The notes under the pieces are model-generated. The model ran no database searches. It saw only the letters and a list, made by a program, of their open reading frames with translations, and was not told the DNA's origin. The translations under genes and the position numbers were made by a program. Positions 40,836 through 51,437 of a DNA stretch of 54,248 nt are shown here, one piece after another; the stretch's first letter is position 1; every line of letters starts with the position of its first letter. This stretch comes from an uncultured Alphaproteobacteria bacterium (GTDB lineage Bacteria > Pseudomonadota > Alphaproteobacteria > RF32 > CAG-239). The stretch spans positions 1 to 54,248 of the forward strand of contig CALXWI010000002.1 in NCBI GenBank assembly GCA_944392325.1. The letters run 5' to 3'.

Positions 40836-41389
40836 TATTGTCCACCTTTCATTACATTTTCCAAACGGTTTAATTTTCCGCTGATTGAATCATCAATCAT
40901 ATCAGAACCATAAGAGACCACCAATCCGCCCAATATTTCAGGCTTAATTTGGTAATCAATCAAAACTTTTTTATCCAGCAATTTTTCCAGATTAGCTTTC
41001 AGCTTACTATCTTGAGTTTTGCTCAAAGGTTTAACGGTTTCGACCTTAACCTCGACGATTCCGTGGCGAGCATAATACAAGCTCTTAAAGTCATTCAAAA
41101 TCATGCCGAGCTCGGCAAACCGATTCCTCTCAGCAATGATTTCCAAGCAGCGCAAAGTTTCATCAGCCAATTTGAGCTTAGCCGCCACTTTTTGCAAAGC
41201 ATCTTTTTTATCATCGACATTCCACAAAGGATTCGCCAAATAAGTAATGGCTTGTTTATCATTTGCCACATCACGAATTAAGACATCCATATCTTTCATG
41301 ACCGCAGCGACATCGCCCTTTTCCGCAGCGGCCTCATACAAGGCCTCGGCGTATCTGGAAGAGATTTTAAATTTTGATTCTTGTTTCAA
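40835..41389 (-). CDS. atpH: F1 ATP synthase delta (OSCP) subunit
   Basis: 184 aa. [12 protein letters not shown] start region and position before atpA. TTG start at 41389. The stop overlaps the atpA ATG (TAATG). Confidence 0.82.
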   Translation of the reverse strand: MKQESKFKISSRYAEALYEAAAEKGDVAAVMKDMDVLIRDVANDKQAITYLANPLWNVDDKKDALQKVAAKLKLADETLRCLEIIAERNRFAELGMILNDFKSLYYARHGIVEVKVETVKPLSKTQDSKLKANLEKLLDKKVLIDYQIKPEILGGLVVSYGSDMIDDSISGKLNRLENVMKGGQ

Positions 41390-41598
41390 GATTCTATCAC
41401 TCTGAAAACGTTTAAAAACTTGGTCAAAGCATACCCGTAATTAGTTTCTAATTTATTAATATTATCACTGAAAAAAAACTTTCTTGACCTACTTACTCAC
41501 AATTTTTAATCAAGCCCCGATTCCTTTATTTACAGGCGCAAAACAAAAGGAGGCAAAGCCCCCTTTTTAACTACTAATCCAACCGATACATTTGCTAA

Positions 41599-42048
41599 TT
41601 ACTTAACAATCATCGCCGTAAATTCAGCCTCAGAAACCACCTTTCCATCGACCTTAGATTCGCCGCGGAACACATAAACCTTACCGCGTTCTTTAATCTT
41701 CTCTACATGCATTCTGAGTTGGTCTCCGGGCTTAACCGGCTTACGGAATTTTACTCCGTCAATTGACATAAAGAATACTCCGGCTTTCTTTTCTTTATAA
41801 TCTTCCATACTTGCCATCACCAAAGCGCCGGCTGTCTGAGCCATTGCCTCAATCTGCAACACCCCCGGCATAACCGGATTTCCGGGAAAATGCCCTTGGA
41901 AGAACTCCTCATTCATTGTTACGTTTTTCAAACCAACACCCTTTTCACCAGGAACTTCAACTTCCAAGCGATCAACCAACAAAAACGGATACCGATGCGG
42001 CAACATTTCCATAATTTCTTCTACGGTATAAATTTTATTTTCAGACAT
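41599..42048 (-). CDS. fabZ: 3-hydroxyacyl-ACP dehydratase
   Basis: LPHRYPFLLVDR, FFQGHFPGNPVMPGVLQIEAMAQ. Confidence 0.95.
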   Translation of the reverse strand: MSENKIYTVEEIMEMLPHRYPFLLVDRLEVEVPGEKGVGLKNVTMNEEFFQGHFPGNPVMPGVLQIEAMAQTAGALVMASMEDYKEKKAGVFFMSIDGVKFRKPVKPGDQLRMHVEKIKERGKVYVFRGESKVDGKVVSEAEFTAMIVK

Positions 42049-42075
42049 ATCTTTATTCCTTTTACAATTAGTCCG

Positions 42076-43089
42076 TTATTTATGAAGCGCTTTTTGCAGC
42101 ATTGCCACCTGCCGCATAAAATCTTTAAACTTAATCGCCGGATACCCCATCACGACTTCTCCCGGAGCAACATCGCGCATAACTCCCGACTGAGATGCAA
42201 TCTGCGCCTGCGACCCAATATTCAGATGGTCTGCAAAACCAGTCTGTCCGCCACATACCACATAATCACCAAAAGTGCAACTTCCGGCAATTCCGGCCTG
42301 TGCCACCAAAATACACCCACGACCAAATTTATCATTATGCGCAACTTGTACCAAATTATCGATTCTCATTCCGTCACCGATAACCGTATCATCAAGTGCT
42401 CCACGGTCAATACAAGTGTTAGCCCCGACTTCCACATCATTACCGATAATCACTCTTCCCAACTGCGGGATTCGCTTATGCTGACCATCGACCATCATAA
42501 AGCCGAAACCATCTTGACCGATTCTTGCACCGGTAAAAATATAGCAATTATCACCAATAACCGCATAAGCAATTGAGGCATTGGCACCAATTTTTACATT
42601 ACTGCCTATTTTGCATCCGCGAGCAATCACTGCCCCTGGTTCAACCACACAGTTCTCACCCATGACTACATTTTCACCAATCACCACATAGTCACCGATA
42701 TATGTTCCCTGTCCGATAATCGCCGTTGGATGGATTCTTGCTGTCGAGGCAATATCCGGCTTTGGTCTGTATTCCTGATAAAATTCCTGACTTAACTTCA
42801 AAAAAGCCAATTTCGGATTTTCAGCCACCAAGACCACTGTTGATTGCGGCACATATCGCGCCAACTCTTCAGTAGTTACACAAGCGCTGGCTTTAATCTC
42901 CTGAGCCTTTTCTCTTGCCTTTTTATCATAAAAGAAGCAAATCTCATCTTCTCCGGCAGAAGCCATCGTCGCCATACCGGCAATCATCACTCCGGCTTTA
43001 GACTTGTCCGCCAGACTAGCTCCACAAATCTCGGCAATCTGCTGCAAAGAAAACGGCCCGTTATTTTCAAAAAAAGTCTTATCTACCAT
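42076..43089 (-). CDS. lpxD: UDP-3-O-acylglucosamine N-acyltransferase
   Basis: Long hexapeptide-repeat core, HNDKFGRGCILVAQAGIAGS, position between bamA and fabZ. Confidence 0.92.
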   Translation of the reverse strand: MVDKTFFENNGPFSLQQIAEICGASLADKSKAGVMIAGMATMASAGEDEICFFYDKKAREKAQEIKASACVTTEELARYVPQSTVVLVAENPKLAFLKLSQEFYQEYRPKPDIASTARIHPTAIIGQGTYIGDYVVIGENVVMGENCVVEPGAVIARGCKIGSNVKIGANASIAYAVIGDNCYIFTGARIGQDGFGFMMVDGQHKRIPQLGRVIIGNDVEVGANTCIDRGALDDTVIGDGMRIDNLVQVAHNDKFGRGCILVAQAGIAGSCTFGDYVVCGGQTGFADHLNIGSQAQIASQSGVMRDVAPGEVVMGYPAIKFKDFMRQVAMLQKALHK

Positions 43090-43103
43090 ATATTCCTCGT
43101 ACT

Positions 43104-45368
43104 CTACAAATTCGTACCAAAGTTCAAGCGGAAGACTTCTGTCTTATCATAATCTTCTTTAACTACCGGTACTGCAAAGTCAACTGAGATATTGCCCATC
43201 GGCGACTGCCATGTCAAGCCGACACCCGTAGCCACACGCGGTGTAGAAGAATATTCCACAATCTGACTATTAATATCATCAGGTTTACCGAGCATACCGA
43301 CATCAACAAACGTACGTCCTCTGATGCCGAGTTCATCCAGTCCCATCGGGAACGACATTTCCGCACCGGTATAAATCATCCAGTTACCACCCAAAGCATC
43401 ATCGGTATAACGGTCACGAGCACCAATACCGCCATACTCAAAACCACGCATATTATACCCACCAAGGAAGTAACGATTCATCAGTCTGACATTCTGATCA
43501 TCAAAACTCTCAATAATACCACCGTTAAAGAACAGCTTAAACGTATAATAATCAGCAATGGTAAAGTAATGATAAGCCTTCGCATCAATACGACCAAACT
43601 TTTCATCACCACCGGCACCGGCAACATCTGTACCCAATGATAAATAGTAACCTTCACGCGGATTAATTTGACTGTCTAATTTATCATAAACCAAAGTTTG
43701 CCCGATAATTGAGCCTACATAATCGCCCTCTTCCTGCTTAATGTAAATTGATGCATCATTAGCCACGTTATCAATTTTATCCTGACGCAGGGTATAGCGT
43801 AAATACTGAGACAAATCATCGGTATAATTCCAACCAAAGCGCAAACGTCCACCGGTTGATTTGGTATCATAAGAACCTTCATCTTGGTAGTCTTCCGAAC
43901 TATGGAACAAGTCAATACCTGCACTCAGCGGCCGCCCCATAAAATACGGTTCCGTAAAGCTCAAATTATAATCTTGCGCACGCTGTGATACCCCAACATC
44001 CAAGCCAAGCTGTTGCCCTCTACCTTGGAAGTTGTTTTCGGTAATACCGGTTCTAACCAACGCACCATTAACTGTCGAATAACCTACACCGACATTAAAG
44101 TAACCGGTAGATTTTTCTTCTACTTTAACATTAACATCTGCCTGATTTGCATCATTGGTCGGCTCAGTCTGAATATCAACCTTGCTAAAGTAATTCAGAT
44201 TCTCAATATTGCGGCGCGACGCTTTTATTTTTGAGGCATTAAATGCGTCACCTTCATCTAACCTCATTTCACGACGAATAACATCATCATCGGTGCGCTC
44301 GTTTCCGGTAATATTAATCCGGTTAACAAACACGCGCTCACCCTCTTTAATTCTGAATACCAGTTTTAACGTTCCGTTCGGCGTATCCCGCACCAACTCA
44401 GGCTCCACATCCACAAAAGCAAAACCTTTCTGTCCCAACTCTTCAGTAATCGCTAATACTGATTTTTCAGCTTTTTCGGCATCATACCAGTCACCCTCTT
44501 CCAGCAAGACCACATCTTGCACCATAGGGGTTTCAACACCGCTCAATTCCGAAATAATCTCTATTTCGCTGATTTTGTAACGCGGACCTTCTTCCAACAC
44601 ATAAGTCAACACAAAAGAAGACTTGTCCGCACTCAGCTCTGCCACTGCCGAACTTACACGAAAATCCGCATATCCATGACGCAGATAAAAGCGGCGCAAC
44701 AACTCTTTATCGTAGTTGATTTTTTCAGCATCATAATTTTCTGATGAAGAGAAGATGCGATACCACCGGCTCTCTTTGCTCATAATCTCGGCTTCCAAAT
44801 CACTCGATGAATAATGAGAATTACCAATAAAGTTTATTTTATCAATACTGGCCAACGGACCTTCATCAATTTCATAAATCAAATCGACGGTATTATTCTC
44901 ACGTTTAATAATTTTCGGTTCAACCACCACGGCGTAACGACCGGTACGTTTATACACTTCCAAAATGCGCTGAACATCTTCTTGAACCTTAGCCTTACTA
45001 AACGATGCTCTAGCCTTCAACTGTACTTCAGTCTCCAACATCTGAGCATCGACTTTGCTGTTACCGTCAAACAGCACCTGATTAATCACCGGACTCTCCA
45101 TCACATTAATCATCAATGTTCCATCCGGTGTCACATTAAAGGCCACATCTTCAAACAAACCGGTAGCATACAACTGCTTCAACGATTCGTTGAGCTTTTC
45201 TTCAGACACGGTTTTTCCGGCCGGAATATCCAAATAAGCCATCACCGTTTCATTCTCCACACGGTTCAAGCCATTAACCTCGATTTCCCGCACATATACC
45301 TCTGCTGCCTGAACATTCATCGTCCACAACAAGCTCAATAAAGACGTTCCCCAATACAATCTTTTCAT
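43104..45368 (-). CDS. bamA: Outer membrane protein assembly factor BamA
   Basis: POTRA repeats (IEVNGLNRVENETV...), C-terminal beta-barrel ending FRLNFGTNL. ORF-track start 45374 is TTG. ATG at 45368 gives MKRLYWGTSLLSLLWTMNVQA (signal peptide). Confidence 0.93.
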   Translation of the reverse strand: MKRLYWGTSLLSLLWTMNVQAAEVYVREIEVNGLNRVENETVMAYLDIPAGKTVSEEKLNESLKQLYATGLFEDVAFNVTPDGTLMINVMESPVINQVLFDGNSKVDAQMLETEVQLKARASFSKAKVQEDVQRILEVYKRTGRYAVVVEPKIIKRENNTVDLIYEIDEGPLASIDKINFIGNSHYSSSDLEAEIMSKESRWYRIFSSSENYDAEKINYDKELLRRFYLRHGYADFRVSSAVAELSADKSSFVLTYVLEEGPRYKISEIEIISELSGVETPMVQDVVLLEEGDWYDAEKAEKSVLAITEELGQKGFAFVDVEPELVRDTPNGTLKLVFRIKEGERVFVNRINITGNERTDDDVIRREMRLDEGDAFNASKIKASRRNIENLNYFSKVDIQTEPTNDANQADVNVKVEEKSTGYFNVGVGYSTVNGALVRTGITENNFQGRGQQLGLDVGVSQRAQDYNLSFTEPYFMGRPLSAGIDLFHSSEDYQDEGSYDTKSTGGRLRFGWNYTDDLSQYLRYTLRQDKIDNVANDASIYIKQEEGDYVGSIIGQTLVYDKLDSQINPREGYYLSLGTDVAGAGGDEKFGRIDAKAYHYFTIADYYTFKLFFNGGIIESFDDQNVRLMNRYFLGGYNMRGFEYGGIGARDRYTDDALGGNWMIYTGAEMSFPMGLDELGIRGRTFVDVGMLGKPDDINSQIVEYSSTPRVATGVGLTWQSPMGNISVDFAVPVVKEDYDKTEVFRLNFGTNL

Positions 45369-45394
45369 AATCAAGTGCTTCCTTATTTTAATAA

Positions 45395-46522
45395 CTATGC
45401 AAACCAGCGGTTAACCAACCGTACGATATCATTCCACGTTGCAAAAACCATCAACGCCATAATCAAAGCAAACCCCGCCTTAAACAACCATTCTTTAAGT
45501 CGCAGAGTCATTTCTTTGCGCATAATCATTTCTACAACACAAATTACAATATGTCCACCATCTAACAACGGGATTGGGAACAAGTTTATAAGTCCAAGGT
45601 TAATAGATAGTAAAGCCATAAAAATCACAAAGTCAAAAATACCGTTTTGCTTGGTAATATCACCTGACATTTCTGCGATTCTAATAATTCCTCCGACTTC
45701 TTCACCGCCACGTTTTCCGGTCAGCATCTGCCCCACGCCGCGCAAAGTAGCCACCGTAATATCCCACGATTCTACCGACGCATCACGGAACGCCTCCCAT
45801 AGCGACAAGTCTTCATAATCCATTTCCACCACATTAATCGACTTCACACCAAGCACCGGCTTAGGTGTTTCCACGCCGTTTTCATCTTTGATGGTTTCTA
45901 GTGTAAAATTCAAAACCTTGCGCTCATCACCGCGCAACAACTCCAGCTTAACCTTTCCGTCCGCTGCCAAATCCACTTCATAACGGATATCATTAAAATC
46001 ATTAATTTCATGTCCGTTAATCGCAAGGATTCGGTCATCTTTCATAATTCCGGCTTTAGCCGCGGCACCACCTTCAATCACCTCGCCCACAACCGGAGGA
46101 AAAGTCATTTTACCAAAGCAGAAGAACACCGCCGTAAATACCAAAATTGCAAACAAATAATTCGCAGCTGGTCCGGCTACGGCAATCAAAATTTTGCGTG
46201 ACGGAGCCAAAAACTGAAATACATGTTTTTTCTCTTCTTCACTCAAGTCTTTCAGTTTTTCCGATTCTCCGGCAGATGCGGCATCTTCATCACCAAAAAA
46301 CTTACAATATCCGCCCAAAGGCACAGCCGCAATTTTCCAGTGAGTACCTTTTTTATCCGTACGTCCCCAAAGTTCTTTACCAAAGCCGATTGAAAACTCA
46401 TCAACCTTCACCCCTAACAATCTGGCTACCCAGAAATGCCCCAGTTCATGCACAAAAACCAAAATTCCTAACAGAACTAAAAAAGGCACAACATAATACA
46501 GAATATTACTCAGAACTTCCAT
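45395..46522 (-). CDS. rseP: RIP zinc metalloprotease RseP (M50)
   Basis: HELGHFWVAR, PDZ region, NLFPIPLLDGGH. Confidence 0.92.
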   Translation of the reverse strand: MEVLSNILYYVVPFLVLLGILVFVHELGHFWVARLLGVKVDEFSIGFGKELWGRTDKKGTHWKIAAVPLGGYCKFFGDEDAASAGESEKLKDLSEEEKKHVFQFLAPSRKILIAVAGPAANYLFAILVFTAVFFCFGKMTFPPVVGEVIEGGAAAKAGIMKDDRILAINGHEINDFNDIRYEVDLAADGKVKLELLRGDERKVLNFTLETIKDENGVETPKPVLGVKSINVVEMDYEDLSLWEAFRDASVESWDITVATLRGVGQMLTGKRGGEEVGGIIRIAEMSGDITKQNGIFDFVIFMALLSINLGLINLFPIPLLDGGHIVICVVEMIMRKEMTLRLKEWLFKAGFALIMALMVFATWNDIVRLVNRWFA

Positions 46523-46534
46523 AACCCAACCTTA

Positions 46535-47323
46535 TTACATATAAAAGAAAATCAACATAGCAATCAACACAAACGGAGCCGCAAAAATCAATCCATCGAC
46601 CCGATCAAACATTCCTCCATGCCCAGGAATCAAATCACTTGAATCTTTAATTCCTAACCCACGCTTAATTTTTGACTCTACCAAATCTCCAATCTGACTT
46701 ACCGCAGCAATTACGGCAGCAGCCAAGGCAAATACCCATACAGTATCAGAAATAAAGTAATAAATATACACCGCACTTACCAACGCGGCCAAAGCCATGC
46801 CCCCCACTAAACCGGACCAAGTTTTTTTGGGGCTGATAGATGGAGCCAACTTCGGTCCTTTCACCGTTGAGCCGACCAAATATCCACCGACATCCATACA
46901 CCAAATTACCAATACATACCACAAAAACATAGCAAACCCAGCTACATCATAGAGTATCGATAAAGAACCAAATCCTAAAGCAATATACGGCACACCCAAA
47001 GTCAACAGCTTACGATGCTCTTCCTCTTTGGCCTTAAACCACACCAACAAAGACGCAATTACAATGCATGCCAAAGATACCTCAACCAAAAACACCCCAA
47101 ATATCGCCATTACCGCAACTACATAGGTATAGGTCACTGCATAAAACACCGGCTTTTTATTTGGTACCATTGAGGCCCATTCCCAGGCCAATAGTGCCCC
47201 ACATAAGAAGAAAAATAAATTAACAAACGGCGCACCCAAAAACAAAATCAAGATACTCACCGGAGCAATGATTGCAGCCGTAATCGCTCTTTTCATAAAC
47301 GCACTAAGTTTAGACTTTTCCAT
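46535..47323 (-). CDS. cdsA: Phosphatidate cytidylyltransferase
   Basis: KRGLGIKDSSDLIPGHGGMFDRVDGL signature. The ORF track extends to 47461 across the uppS end. ATG at 47323 (MEKSKLSAFMKRAITAAII...) is the likelier start and overlaps uppS by 14 nt. Confidence 0.88.
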   Translation of the reverse strand: MEKSKLSAFMKRAITAAIIAPVSILILFLGAPFVNLFFFLCGALLAWEWASMVPNKKPVFYAVTYTYVVAVMAIFGVFLVEVSLACIVIASLLVWFKAKEEEHRKLLTLGVPYIALGFGSLSILYDVAGFAMFLWYVLVIWCMDVGGYLVGSTVKGPKLAPSISPKKTWSGLVGGMALAALVSAVYIYYFISDTVWVFALAAAVIAAVSQIGDLVESKIKRGLGIKDSSDLIPGHGGMFDRVDGLIFAAPFVLIAMLIFFYM

Positions 47324-48020
47324 ATCTTCTCTCCCGTGAATAAAAGTTTTCGATAATTGTATCGAGCTCCTCCGGCGTAAAATCCGGCCACAAAGTTTTA
47401 CTAAAAAATAATTCAGCATAAGCCAGCTGCCACAACAAATAATTACTAATCCGTTGCTCACCGCTGGTTCTTATCAATATATCCGGATCCGGAATATCCT
47501 TTGTGTACAATAATTGAGACAACAACTTTGCATCAATATCATCTTCAGCAACATCACCTTTTTTGACCATCTCCGCCACTCTTTTGGTTGCCGCCACAAT
47601 CTCCTGCCGACCTCCATAGCTTATGGCCAAAATCAAAGTCATTCCTTTATTGTCTGCAGTATTACGTTCCAATTGCTCCATACTTTCAACAATATCTTTA
47701 TCCAGCATATACCTTTCGCCGATAAAGCGAATTCTGATACCATGCTTATGCAGCTCCGCCAAATCCGACTTCAGATATTGCCTCAGCAAATCCATTAAAG
47801 TCTTGACTTCATCTTTCGGACGCTGCCAATTTTCGGTAGAAAAAGCATACAGCGTCAAAAAACGCACTCCGCGTTCATTAGCCGCCTTAGCAATTTCTTT
47901 AACTGTTTCCGCCCCTTTTCTATGACCGGCAGCTCGAGGCAAACCGCGTTTCTGCGCCCACCGACCGTTACCGTCCATAATCACGGCAATATGTTGTAAA
48001 CTCTCTTGCTTTGTACTCAA
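47310..48020 (-). CDS. uppS: Undecaprenyl diphosphate synthase
   Basis: HIAVIMDGNGRWA, LTLYAFSTENWQRP, RTSGEQRISNYLLWQLAYAELFF. TTG start. Confidence 0.92.
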   Translation of the reverse strand: MSTKQESLQHIAVIMDGNGRWAQKRGLPRAAGHRKGAETVKEIAKAANERGVRFLTLYAFSTENWQRPKDEVKTLMDLLRQYLKSDLAELHKHGIRIRFIGERYMLDKDIVESMEQLERNTADNKGMTLILAISYGGRQEIVAATKRVAEMVKKGDVAEDDIDAKLLSQLLYTKDIPDPDILIRTSGEQRISNYLLWQLAYAELFFSKTLWPDFTPEELDTIIENFYSRERRYGKV

Positions 48021-48119
48021 CTTACTGTACCTGATAATAATATCTAAACCTCATCATCACAGTCCAAAGACGAAGCCGGAATCAGAGCTTAACTTTCCCC
48101 CTTCTCCGGCTTCCAACCT

Positions 48120-48683
48120 TTATACCTGCAAAATATCCTTTTCTTTCTGAGCCAACATCTCCTCGATTTTCTTAATCGATTCGTCAGTCAGTTTTTGGAT
48201 TTCATTTTCATATCTTTTCTCGTCATCTTCCGAAATCAGATTATCTTTTTTGAGCTTTTTAACCTCATCCAACGCATCACGTCTGATATTGCGTACGGCA
48301 ACTTTATTATTCTCAGCATATTTACCGGCCACTTTGGTCAGCTCTTTTCTGCGTTCTTCACTCAACGGCGGAATAGGAATACGAATAAGCTGTCCGTCCG
48401 ATGCCGGATTAAGCCCCAAATCCGATTCCATAATTGCTTTTTCAACCGCCTTGGCCAAACCTCTGTCCCAAACAGAAATAGACAGTGTTCTGGCATCAGG
48501 TACGCTTATTGTTCCCACCTGAGCCAACGGGGTCATTGAACCATAAGCTTCAACCATAATCCCATCCAGCAAGCTTACATGCGCTCTTCCGGCACGCAAC
48601 CCGCCAAAATCACTCTTCAGCGCCTCCAGCGTCTTATCCATTCTGGCCTTAGCTTCGGTTTTAATTTGATTAAAATCAGACAT
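48120..48683 (-). CDS. frr: Ribosome recycling factor
   Basis: LRAGRAHVSLLDGIMVEAYGSMTPL, IPIPPLSEERRKEL. Confidence 0.95.
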   Translation of the reverse strand: MSDFNQIKTEAKARMDKTLEALKSDFGGLRAGRAHVSLLDGIMVEAYGSMTPLAQVGTISVPDARTLSISVWDRGLAKAVEKAIMESDLGLNPASDGQLIRIPIPPLSEERRKELTKVAGKYAENNKVAVRNIRRDALDEVKKLKKDNLISEDDEKRYENEIQKLTDESIKKIEEMLAQKEKDILQV

Positions 48684-48765
48684 ATTTATTTTACCTCATT
48701 AGTTATAAGCTGCTAACATCATTATTTATTTTCATGACTTTGGCAAGCAGTTTTTAAAACTTAAC

Positions 48766-49482
48766 TTAAGATTCTTTGATAATCGTAAAATTACCTTTTC
48801 CTGCCAACACCTTCATCAGCGCCCCTTTTTCGTGCTGCGAAAACACCAAAATCGGAAGTTTATTATCCCTTGCCATAGCAATAGCTGGCAAATCCATCAC
48901 TCTCAATTGTTTTTCAATTACCTCGTCATAAGACACCTGCTTATATTTTTTAGCTTTAGGATTCTTGCGCGGGTCATCATCATACACACCATCAACTTGC
49001 GTAGACTTCAGCAACACCTCGCACCCCATTTCCGATGCCCGCAACACCGCTCCGGTATCAGTTGTAAAATACGGGCTCCCGGTACCTCCGGCAAAAATCA
49101 CGACCCGCCCTTTTTGCAAATGTCTCAGCGCCCGACGATAAATATAGTTTTCACACACCTGCGGAATTTCCAAACCCGACATCACCCTTACACTCAGCCC
49201 CAAACCTTCCATCACATTTTGCAAATACAAGGCATTCATCACCGTTGCCATCATCCCCACATGGTCGCCGACTGTCCGGCTCAAACCTTTTGATGCCCCC
49301 TGTACTCCGCGAAAAATATTTCCACCGCCCACGACCAAGCATACCTCTATACCGGCATCAACTACTTCCTTAATTTGCTCGGCCACTTTTTTGACCGCCT
49401 CGGCTGAAATTCCGAAGCCTTCATCACCCATTAATCCTTCACCCGAAATTTTGATTAACACACGTTTATAAATCGGCTTCAT
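48766..49482 (-). CDS. pyrH: UMP kinase
   Basis: [45 protein letters not shown] at 49482 has GGAGAGG upstream. The ORF-track start at 49530 is probably too far upstream. Confidence 0.93.
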   Translation of the reverse strand: MKPIYKRVLIKISGEGLMGDEGFGISAEAVKKVAEQIKEVVDAGIEVCLVVGGGNIFRGVQGASKGLSRTVGDHVGMMATVMNALYLQNVMEGLGLSVRVMSGLEIPQVCENYIYRRALRHLQKGRVVIFAGGTGSPYFTTDTGAVLRASEMGCEVLLKSTQVDGVYDDDPRKNPKAKKYKQVSYDEVIEKQLRVMDLPAIAMARDNKLPILVFSQHEKGALMKVLAGKGNFTIIKES

Positions 49483-49655
49483 TTTTCGCCCCTCTCCAAT
49501 TTTATTCAACTTTGGCTTATAATATTGCACAAATCAGCTAAAGTCATCTTTTTTTACAATACCATGCACAGCCAAATCATAATCCCCTTGCCTATTTATT
49601 CAGTTCAGATTAGAGTATGCCCAAACAACATTTTATTCGGGAGCTTACATAAATC

Positions 49656-50303
49656 ATGAATATTGATATCATTTTTCTGCTTTCTGCCTTAGGCGGATAT
49701 CTGCTCGGTTCAATTCCTTTCGGCTTAGTTTTAACTCGCCTTGCCGGCTTAGGTGACATTCGTAAAATCGGCTCACACAACATCGGTGCCACCAATGTTC
49801 TGCGCACCGGCCGCAAAGACCTAGCCCTTTTGACGGTTATTCTTGACGCCTCCAAAGCTGGTATTGCCGCTGTCTTAGCCCTCAAGCTTATCACTCCCGA
49901 ACCTTACATTTTCTTGGGCTATGTCACCTCGACCAATATTGTTGCCGGTCTGATTGCCGGTTCCTGCGGTGTTTTAGGCCACAACTTCCCTGTTTGGCTC
50001 AAGTTCAAAGGCGGCAAAGGCGTTGCCTCCGCTTTTGGTTTTATTGTAGCCACTCAGCCGATTCTCGGTTTAATTGCTTTGGCTGTTTGGTTAGGGGTTG
50101 CCATTATTACTCGTTATTCTTCACTATCAGCCATCTGTGCGGCGGTTTCCGTTCCGTTTTTTGCCTTTTTTATGACCGACACCACCCACGCGTTTTTCTA
50201 TAGTGCGATAGCTTTGCTGGTTCTCATTCGCCACCATGCCAACATCAACCGCCTCATTCACGGTCAAGAAAGCAAAATCTCCTTTAAGAAACACGCCGCC
50301 TAA
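49656..50303 (+). CDS. plsY: Glycerol-3-phosphate acyltransferase PlsY
   Basis: GSIPFGLVLTRLAGLGDIRKIGSHNIGATNVLRTG, GHNFPVWLKFKGGKGVA. Confidence 0.93.
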   Translation: MNIDIIFLLSALGGYLLGSIPFGLVLTRLAGLGDIRKIGSHNIGATNVLRTGRKDLALLTVILDASKAGIAAVLALKLITPEPYIFLGYVTSTNIVAGLIAGSCGVLGHNFPVWLKFKGGKGVASAFGFIVATQPILGLIALAVWLGVAIITRYSSLSAICAAVSVPFFAFFMTDTTHAFFYSAIALLVLIRHHANINRLIHGQESKISFKKHAA

Positions 50304-51418
50304 TGCTTGATAGTACCGAAATCATCAACCGTATCCGCCTGCTTGGCACCGACAACATCGGTGCCATCAGCTTTTACAAACTATTAGGGCGTTACCATTC
50401 GGCAAGTAACGCCTTAGAACATCTGCCTCCGCAATATGTTCCGCCCTCTTTCGGTCAAGCCGAACAATCTTTCTTGAAGACTCAAAAACAAGGCATCACT
50501 CTGCTGCATTTTGATTCTCCGACTTACCCCAAAAACCTCAAGCAACTGCGCGATGCTCCGCCTTTGCTTTATGTGCTTGGCAATTCTGACTTGCTTAATG
50601 CCTCACCGGCCGTATCCATTGTTGGCTCGCGCAATGCCTCTGTCAACGGGCGCAAACTTGCCTCTCGCATTGCCTTTGAATTAAGCGAACAAAATGTAAT
50701 GGTTATCTCAGGCATGGCACGCGGCATCGATTCTTCCGCCCACAAAGGCGCCATGTATGCCAACAACCAACAAGGCCGCACCATTGCCGTTTTGGGTACC
50801 GGAGTTGATATTCCCTATCCCAAAGAGAACACCGCCCTCTACCAACAAATCATCACCCAAGGTGCGGTTATTTCCGAGTTTCCTCTTGGCACCACGCCAC
50901 AGGCCCAAAACTTTCCGCGCCGCAACCGCTTAGTTTCGGCCCTCAGCGACGGAACTTTGGTCATTGAGGCCGGCTTGAGCTCCGGCTCCTTAATCACCGC
51001 CCGTCTGGCCCTTGAGCAAGGGCGTGATGTCTTTGCCGTACCTGGTTCGCCAATAGATTCGCGCTCGGCCGGCACCAACAAACTCATCAAAGACGGAGCT
51101 TTTCTGGTTGAATCGGCCGAAGACATTTTATCCCATTTAAGTTTCAGCGCTAACCGGCAGATTCCTGCGCCCTGCCCCGCCCCTGAAGCTGAATTGTTTG
51201 ATATCCCTCTTGACAAAGCCCCAAATAATGTAGATATTTCCACAGAGCAAACGGCACAATCTTTGCTGGACTGCCTGAACTATGACGGCGTTTACGTTGA
51301 CGAGCTCATCCGGCTGACCGGATTAGATTCGACCGAACTGGCCGCTCAACTTCTGGATTTAGAACTTGATAATCGGATTGAGCGCCTCCCCGGCAACAAA
51401 ATAGCGCTATTAAAATAA
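50303..51418 (+). CDS. dprA: DNA processing protein DprA
   Basis: VSIVGSRNASVNGRKLA, VISGMARGIDSSAHKGA, FPRRNRLVSALS, AVPGSPIDSRSAGTNKLIKDGA. Confidence 0.92.
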   Translation: MLDSTEIINRIRLLGTDNIGAISFYKLLGRYHSASNALEHLPPQYVPPSFGQAEQSFLKTQKQGITLLHFDSPTYPKNLKQLRDAPPLLYVLGNSDLLNASPAVSIVGSRNASVNGRKLASRIAFELSEQNVMVISGMARGIDSSAHKGAMYANNQQGRTIAVLGTGVDIPYPKENTALYQQIITQGAVISEFPLGTTPQAQNFPRRNRLVSALSDGTLVIEAGLSSGSLITARLALEQGRDVFAVPGSPIDSRSAGTNKLIKDGAFLVESAEDILSHLSFSANRQIPAPCPAPEAELFDIPLDKAPNNVDISTEQTAQSLLDCLNYDGVYVDELIRLTGLDSTELAAQLLDLELDNRIERLPGNKIALLK

Positions 51419-51437
51419 TAAGGATTGGATAAGCGAA

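Noticed and set aside
47324-47461. N-terminally extended starts from the ORF track: cdsA to 47461, pyrH to 49530, atpD to 38302, bamA to 45374, the Cys-rich gene to 17365, and 22 for the first gene.
   Set aside because: Internal ATGs with proper SD sequences give canonical N-termini or signal peptides. The extensions overlap neighbouring genes or add non-conserved residues.
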